39,956 nucleotides of DNA from Thermoprotei archaeon (GTDB lineage: Archaea > Thermoproteota > Thermoprotei > Thermofilales > B20-G17), in assembly GCA_003649515.1 (NCBI GenBank), contig QMSC01000001.1, positions 1 through 39,956 on the forward strand. Direction: 5' to 3'. Shown here piece after piece: positions 35,841 to 39,956 of this stretch (its first letter is position 1; each line of letters starts with the position of its first letter). The notes under the pieces were generated by a model, which was not told where the DNA came from, ran no database searches, and worked only from the letters and a program-made list of their open reading frames with translations. A program made the translations under genes and the position numbers.

Positions 35841-36473
35841 ATGGATTTAGTTAGGCAGTTTATTAAAGAAGGACTAACACGAATGGAAATACATGAGTTC
35901 CTTGAACACGAATTAAGCCGAGCAGGATACGTCGAAGTTCAACTATTGAAAACCCCCATCGGGAACCGCATCGTTATATATGCGGAAAGACCCAGCTTAG
36001 TTATCGGGAGAAGAGGTTCCCGAATAAGGGAGCTTGCTCAAACTCTTGAGAAGAAGTTCGGTATCGAAAACCCCCAGATAGACGTCATTCAAATACCTAA
36101 TCCGGAGCTTAACGCAAAGGTTATGGCGTACAGGATAGCTAGAGCTATAGCTAGAGGAATAAGATTTAGGAGAGCAGCATTCGTGGCCTTAAGACAAATT
36201 ATGAGCGCAGGAGCGCTGGGCGCGGAGATAGTTATTAGTGGAAAACTTACAAGCGAACGCGCACGTTTTGAGAAATTCAGAGATGGTATAGTGTTTAAGT
36301 CAGGAAGACCTCGCGAAATCCTGGTAGATGAAGCCACTGTCCAAGTCCTACTTAAGCTCGGAGTCTACGGAGTAAAGGTAAAGATAGCTAAGCCCGTAGA
36401 GAGAATACCCGGGAGAATAGAGATCCTTCCGATGAGCACTGAACAGGGTGGTGGTAGCGGTGCCCAAGCCTAA
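35841..36473 (+). CDS. rps3: 30S ribosomal protein S3 (uS3)
   Basis: KH motif [30 protein letters not shown]...RAR, GV.GVKV.I. Confidence 0.97.
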   Translation: MDLVRQFIKEGLTRMEIHEFLEHELSRAGYVEVQLLKTPIGNRIVIYAERPSLVIGRRGSRIRELAQTLEKKFGIENPQIDVIQIPNPELNAKVMAYRIARAIARGIRFRRAAFVALRQIMSAGALGAEIVISGKLTSERARFEKFRDGIVFKSGRPREILVDEATVQVLLKLGVYGVKVKIAKPVERIPGRIEILPMSTEQGGGSGAQA

Positions 36474-36678
36474 GGCTTCCGAGATAAGGAAAATGAGTAG
36501 AGAGGAAAGAGAAAAGCTACTCTACGAGCTTAGATTTGAACTTATGAGATTGAGAGGACTTCTATCCTCTGGAAGCCCTGTTGAGAACCCATCAAGGATA
36601 CGTGAGTTAAAGCGCGCTATTGCGAGAATTCTAACTATTCAGCGTGAAGAGGAATTAAGGCAGAAAAAAGGTGCGTGA
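36460..36678 (+). CDS. rpl29: 50S ribosomal protein L29 (uL29)
   Basis: ASEIR.MS.EE....L.EL..EL, ENP.RIREL.R.IARILTI. Start placed at GTG 36460. Confidence 0.95.
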   Translation: MPKPKASEIRKMSREEREKLLYELRFELMRLRGLLSSGSPVENPSRIRELKRAIARILTIQREEELRQKKGA

Positions 36679-36967
36679 ACACCTTGAAGATCACTCCAAG
36701 AAATTTTTGAAACATGAACTGATAGGTTTAAGAGTAGAGGTAGTTGAGAGTAACAATAAGTTCCTAAAAGGGATCTCTGGAACTGTAGTTTATGAGACAA
36801 TGAAGATGATTTTCATACGTACGAAAAGTGGCGCTATTAAAAAAGTACCTAAATCCATCTGTGTGTTTCGGTTCACCCTCCCTGACGGAACAGTCCTTAG
36901 AGTAAATGGGGAAGTTCTTTACGGGAGACCCGAGGACCGGATAAAGAAAAGATTAAAATACTGGTGA
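36671..36967 (+). CDS. rnp1: Ribonuclease P protein component 1 (Rpp29/Pop4)
   Basis: HELIGL.V.V..S.N....GI.G.V..ET, VPK....[12 protein letters not shown]. Confidence 0.95.
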   Translation: MREHLEDHSKKFLKHELIGLRVEVVESNNKFLKGISGTVVYETMKMIFIRTKSGAIKKVPKSICVFRFTLPDGTVLRVNGEVLYGRPEDRIKKRLKYW

Positions 36968-37022
36968 GTTAGAGAACAAAAAGTATTTACGATAAAGTGT
37001 GTGCTTAAACAGGGATTGATAG

Positions 37023-37355
37023 ATGTCGCCTGCGAGAAACATAGGGATACCCGGAATAACTCCTCCAGAAGAGGAATGCGATGACCCGAACTGTCCATTT
37101 CATGGAAGACTTTCAGTGCGTGGACTAATATTAGAGGGAGTTGTAGTGAGCACGAGAATGCGCAATACGGTCGTAATTAGGCATGACTACCTTCATTACG
37201 ATAAGAAGTATAAGCGTTATGAAAGGAGGAGGAAGAAGATACACGCTCACCTACCACCCTGCATTGAAGTTAAAGAAGGAGACCTAGTCATAATAGGGGA
37301 ATGTCGACCAATAGCGAAAACTGTATCATTTGTTGTTTTAGGTAAAAAGAAGTAG
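37023..37355 (+). CDS. rps17: 30S ribosomal protein S17 (uS17)
   Basis: C.D.NCPFHG.L.VRG, KYKRYE.R...[20 protein letters not shown]. Confidence 0.97.
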   Translation: MSPARNIGIPGITPPEEECDDPNCPFHGRLSVRGLILEGVVVSTRMRNTVVIRHDYLHYDKKYKRYERRRKKIHAHLPPCIEVKEGDLVIIGECRPIAKTVSFVVLGKKK

Positions 37356-37366
37356 GGGGATAGTGT

Positions 37367-37795
37367 ATGGCGAAAAAGAGGATGAAGAAAGGTGCAAGTA
37401 TTGATAGGATACCCCATATACCCCCAGCAATTTTTACTAATACTTTAGTCAAGATAACGGATAACTCAGGTGGACAGACCGGCCGCGTGATAGGCGTATT
37501 AAAGAAGAAGACCGTTCGCAGAAGACTCCCAGGCGCAGCGGTAGGAGATGTAGTCGTAGTATCTATAAGGGAAGGCAAGCCAGAGCTTAGAAGACAGATA
37601 ATGCATGCAATTGTTGTGCGTCAACGAAAACCCTATAGAAGGGCGGATGGTACGTGGATCCAGTTCGAAGATAACGCAGTTATACTGATAACGCCAGAAG
37701 GTGAACCTCGAGGAACAGAAATAAGAGGTCCAGTAGCAAAAGAAGCAGCAGAAAAGTGGCCGAAAATAGCAAATATAGCCTCATTAATTATATAG
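37367..37795 (+). CDS. rpl14: 50S ribosomal protein L14 (uL14)
   Basis: DNSG, RRLP.A.VGD, VRQRK.YRR.DG....FEDNA, GPVA.EAA..WP.IA. Confidence 0.97.
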   Translation: MAKKRMKKGASIDRIPHIPPAIFTNTLVKITDNSGGQTGRVIGVLKKKTVRRRLPGAAVGDVVVVSIREGKPELRRQIMHAIVVRQRKPYRRADGTWIQFEDNAVILITPEGEPRGTEIRGPVAKEAAEKWPKIANIASLII

Positions 37796-37911
37796 CGGTT
37801 ATCTGTGCTCGCTTTTGATTATTAATAGTTGGTGTGAACTTCCTCCTCAGTACCTTATTAGTACCTTAACTTAGCTCCTCCTGTTGCTAACGATAATTCT
37901 GAGGTTACATT

Positions 37912-37970
37912 AGGTCAGCAAACTTCGAGCTCCTCATACAATGTTCGGCCGACTGTTTATTCATCATACC
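37912..37970 (-). ncRNA. Box C/D 2'-O-methylation guide sRNA
   Basis: Minus strand reads C box ATGATGA - 12-nt guide ATAAACAGTCGG - D' CCGA - 7 nt - C' ATGAGGA - 12-nt guide GCTCGAAGTTTG - D CTGA. Short terminal GG/CC pairing; TATA-like element about 25 nt upstream. Confidence 0.88.
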
Positions 37971-37992
37971 ATAAGTTCATTTGCTCCTCTGA

Positions 37993-38001
37993 CTATTAAA
38001 G
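37993..38001 (-). promoter_or_regulatory. TATA-like element for the C/D sRNA
   Basis: CTTTAATAG immediately after the stop of the upstream gene, about 25 nt before the C box. Confidence 0.5.
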
Positions 38002-38352
38002 TTAACACGTCAGGTGGAAAGCCCCTGCGACTCTCTTCCCATTCTCAACGAGGTCATTGTAAACTTTATACGCCTCTCCCGTGGGACAAGCAATTAACCT
38101 TATATTTTGCTTCTTAAGCTCCCTCTCCACCTCTGGTAATATTTTCATGAAACCGTAGTACCCCGTACCTACAACTAGGACCTCTATGTCCTCTTTTAAT
38201 ACCTCTTTTAGGTCGTCAAGACATAATTCATGACCTTCTCGTCGCCACCAATTCTCAACTATCCTTCCAGGTAAAAGTATTAAGTCCTTGCTGTATACTT
38301 TACCCTCAACAACGATCTCTCCAAACTTATAATCATTCACACGAAACATCAT
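38002..38352 (-). CDS. Mth938-like (DUF498/598) domain protein
   Basis: Y.FG.I.V.GK.Y..D, H.L...D, E.LVVGTG..G, T..A...YN.L, AG.FH.TC. Start is uncertain among nearby ATGs. Confidence 0.9.
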   Translation of the reverse strand: MMFRVNDYKFGEIVVEGKVYSKDLILLPGRIVENWWRREGHELCLDDLKEVLKEDIEVLVVGTGYYGFMKILPEVERELKKQNIRLIACPTGEAYKVYNDLVENGKRVAGAFHLTC

Positions 38353-38447
38353 CTCCATAGCTATGCTAGTGATTAATAAAGTAAGCGTTACTGGTGTGAG
38401 CAAAAATAAATAGGCTCTTCGTCTACTTGAAGTAAAGGTGCTTCAAA

Positions 38448-39872
38448 GTGAATGTAATAGTGATCATGCTGGATAGCTTGAGACCCGACCATCTAGGGTG
38501 TTATGGTAATCCTTGGATTAAAACCCCTAATATAGACGAGTTCGCTAAGGAAAGCGTGATCTTCGAGAGAGCTTACGCTGAAGGTTTGCCAACATTACCT
38601 GTTCGAACAGCTCTATTTACCGGGAGATACACTCTTATGTGGAGAGGCTGGCAACATTTAGAACCCGAAGATGTAACTCTAGCCGAGATCCTATGGGATA
38701 GCGATTACGCTACGGCTTTCATCACAGACACCTACCATCTTCATAAACCTAAAATGGCCTACGAGAGAGGCTTCGACTTCGTAGAATTCATTCGAGGACA
38801 GGAGGCTGATCCCTACATAATCGACCCCAGCATAAAAGTGGATCTATCCAAATGGCATCCTAAAAACTACTTCACAGAGAAGGATAAGAAAGTCTTCATA
38901 CAGTACTTAAGGAACAGACACGATTGGCAAAATGAAGAAGATCATTTCATAGCTAAAGTCGTTAAGGCAGGCATTGAGTGGTTAGAAGGGGAAGTTAACA
39001 GAGGAAGAAAGGATAGGCTTTTCCTATGGCTTGACTGCTTTGACCCTCATGAACCATGGGACCCTCCCGAAAAGTATTACTCCCTCTACGCGCCGAAAGA
39101 TTATGACGACCTGCCAATAATACAACCGTTTATAGGAGGGGAAAAAGGAGGACTTTTAGAGAGTTTTACTGAGAGAGAAGTAAGGCATATTAGAGCTCAA
39201 TATGCTGGAGAAGTGACGCTAGTGGATAAGTGGATAGGAATATTTTTCGAAAAACTTAAAGAGTTAGACCTATGGGATAACAGCCTAATCGTTTTGCTGA
39301 GCGACCATGGTGAACCCCTAGGAGAACACGGTATAATAAGAAAAGTAAGACCATGGCCCTACGAAGAGTTATCCAGAATAGTCTTACTAATAAAACACCC
39401 AGAAGTGGATACAGGAAAGAAAATTGAAGCTTTTGTTCAGACTCCGGATATAATGGTTACCATAATAGACTTTCTACAGATACCTTTAGAAAGAAGTGTG
39501 TGGAGCGTTACTCCTAAGGTCCAGGGTAAAAGCCTACTACCTTTGTTGACCGGAGAAGAGGAGAAGGAGAGAGATTATGCCATCGCAGGACACTTTGGCA
39601 TTTCCTGGAGTATCAGGAATGAGGACTATAGCCTATACTTATGGCCGGGGAAGAAGGCAAGTTATACTTTTGGGACACTTTATATGGAGAAACAGGAGAA
39701 GACTAAAGCGGAACTCTACAGACTTGACCGAAATTATATTCCGCCCCCTCCAGGCGAGTGGAGAGAAGGAGATCAGCCCGAAAGAGAAAACCTAATAGAG
39801 AAGGAGAGAGAGATAGCTGAGACTCTTGAGCTAAAGCTTCGAAGAAAGCTTATGAGAATAGCTGGCTTGTAA
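38448..39872 (+). CDS. Sulfatase-family hydrolase with Thr at the catalytic Cys/Ser position
   Basis: D.LR.DHLG.YG....TPN.D, PTLPVRTALFTGRY, FDPHEPWDPP, Y.GEV..VD..IG, SDHG..LGEH. Confidence 0.88.
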   Translation: MNVIVIMLDSLRPDHLGCYGNPWIKTPNIDEFAKESVIFERAYAEGLPTLPVRTALFTGRYTLMWRGWQHLEPEDVTLAEILWDSDYATAFITDTYHLHKPKMAYERGFDFVEFIRGQEADPYIIDPSIKVDLSKWHPKNYFTEKDKKVFIQYLRNRHDWQNEEDHFIAKVVKAGIEWLEGEVNRGRKDRLFLWLDCFDPHEPWDPPEKYYSLYAPKDYDDLPIIQPFIGGEKGGLLESFTEREVRHIRAQYAGEVTLVDKWIGIFFEKLKELDLWDNSLIVLLSDHGEPLGEHGIIRKVRPWPYEELSRIVLLIKHPEVDTGKKIEAFVQTPDIMVTIIDFLQIPLERSVWSVTPKVQGKSLLPLLTGEEEKERDYAIAGHFGISWSIRNEDYSLYLWPGKKASYTFGTLYMEKQEKTKAELYRLDRNYIPPPPGEWREGDQPERENLIEKEREIAETLELKLRRKLMRIAGL

Positions 39873-39956
39873 CAATTAAATTCCTTTTCTTTGTCGCTAT
39901 AGAATTTCAGCAGCTGTAGGAATTAATTAATCACTTTTAAGATACCGCTACGAACA

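Noticed and set aside
37840..37885. Tandem AGTACCTTA repeat and GGAGGA...CTGA (minus strand) downstream of the C/D sRNA
   Set aside because: Box spacing does not fit a second C/D RNA; two 9-nt copies are too little for a repeat array.
40..39795. Many 60-175 aa ORFs antisense to or nested in confident genes (e.g. 3810-4337, 7194-7589, 15451-15867, 35282-35668)
   Set aside because: Shadow ORFs of well-supported genes, with no recognisable motifs or RBS.
1..39956. CRISPR arrays, IS elements, integrases or att sites at the four tRNAs
   Set aside because: I saw no regularly spaced repeats, transposase/integrase ORFs or duplicated tRNA 3' ends.

Overview
Core-genome window of a hyperthermophilic-type crenarchaeon. 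The Thermoproteales/Thermofilaceae-like assignment is an inference from tRNAs with non-canonical BHB introns, a TFE-beta/RPC34 gene beside tfb and gar1, and archaeal ribosomal proteins. It holds the S10/spc ribosomal superoperon broken into four blocks: L24-SecY with S5-L30 inverted, L3-S19 plus S8e-SRP19, DUF106-L34e-cmk, and L22-L14. uL6, SUI1, adk and L14e are absent from the window. Other content: gatE, map, translin, endonuclease V, dph5, cca, a 2H phosphodiesterase, DGGGP synthase, moaB, four tRNAs (Gly, two-intron Lys, intron-containing initiator Met, Gln), and a small accessory patch at 22.7-28.3 kb. Features the ORF track does not show: rps14, a complete box C/D guide sRNA (about 37912-37970, minus strand) and a 38-aa basic ORF with a strong RBS. 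Other notable points are a DUF357-FAD synthase fusion, a sulfatase-fold enzyme with Thr at the formylglycine position, and gene-order evidence for a ~19 kb inversion. No mobile element or CRISPR array was seen. All calls come from motif recognition; no database searches were run.
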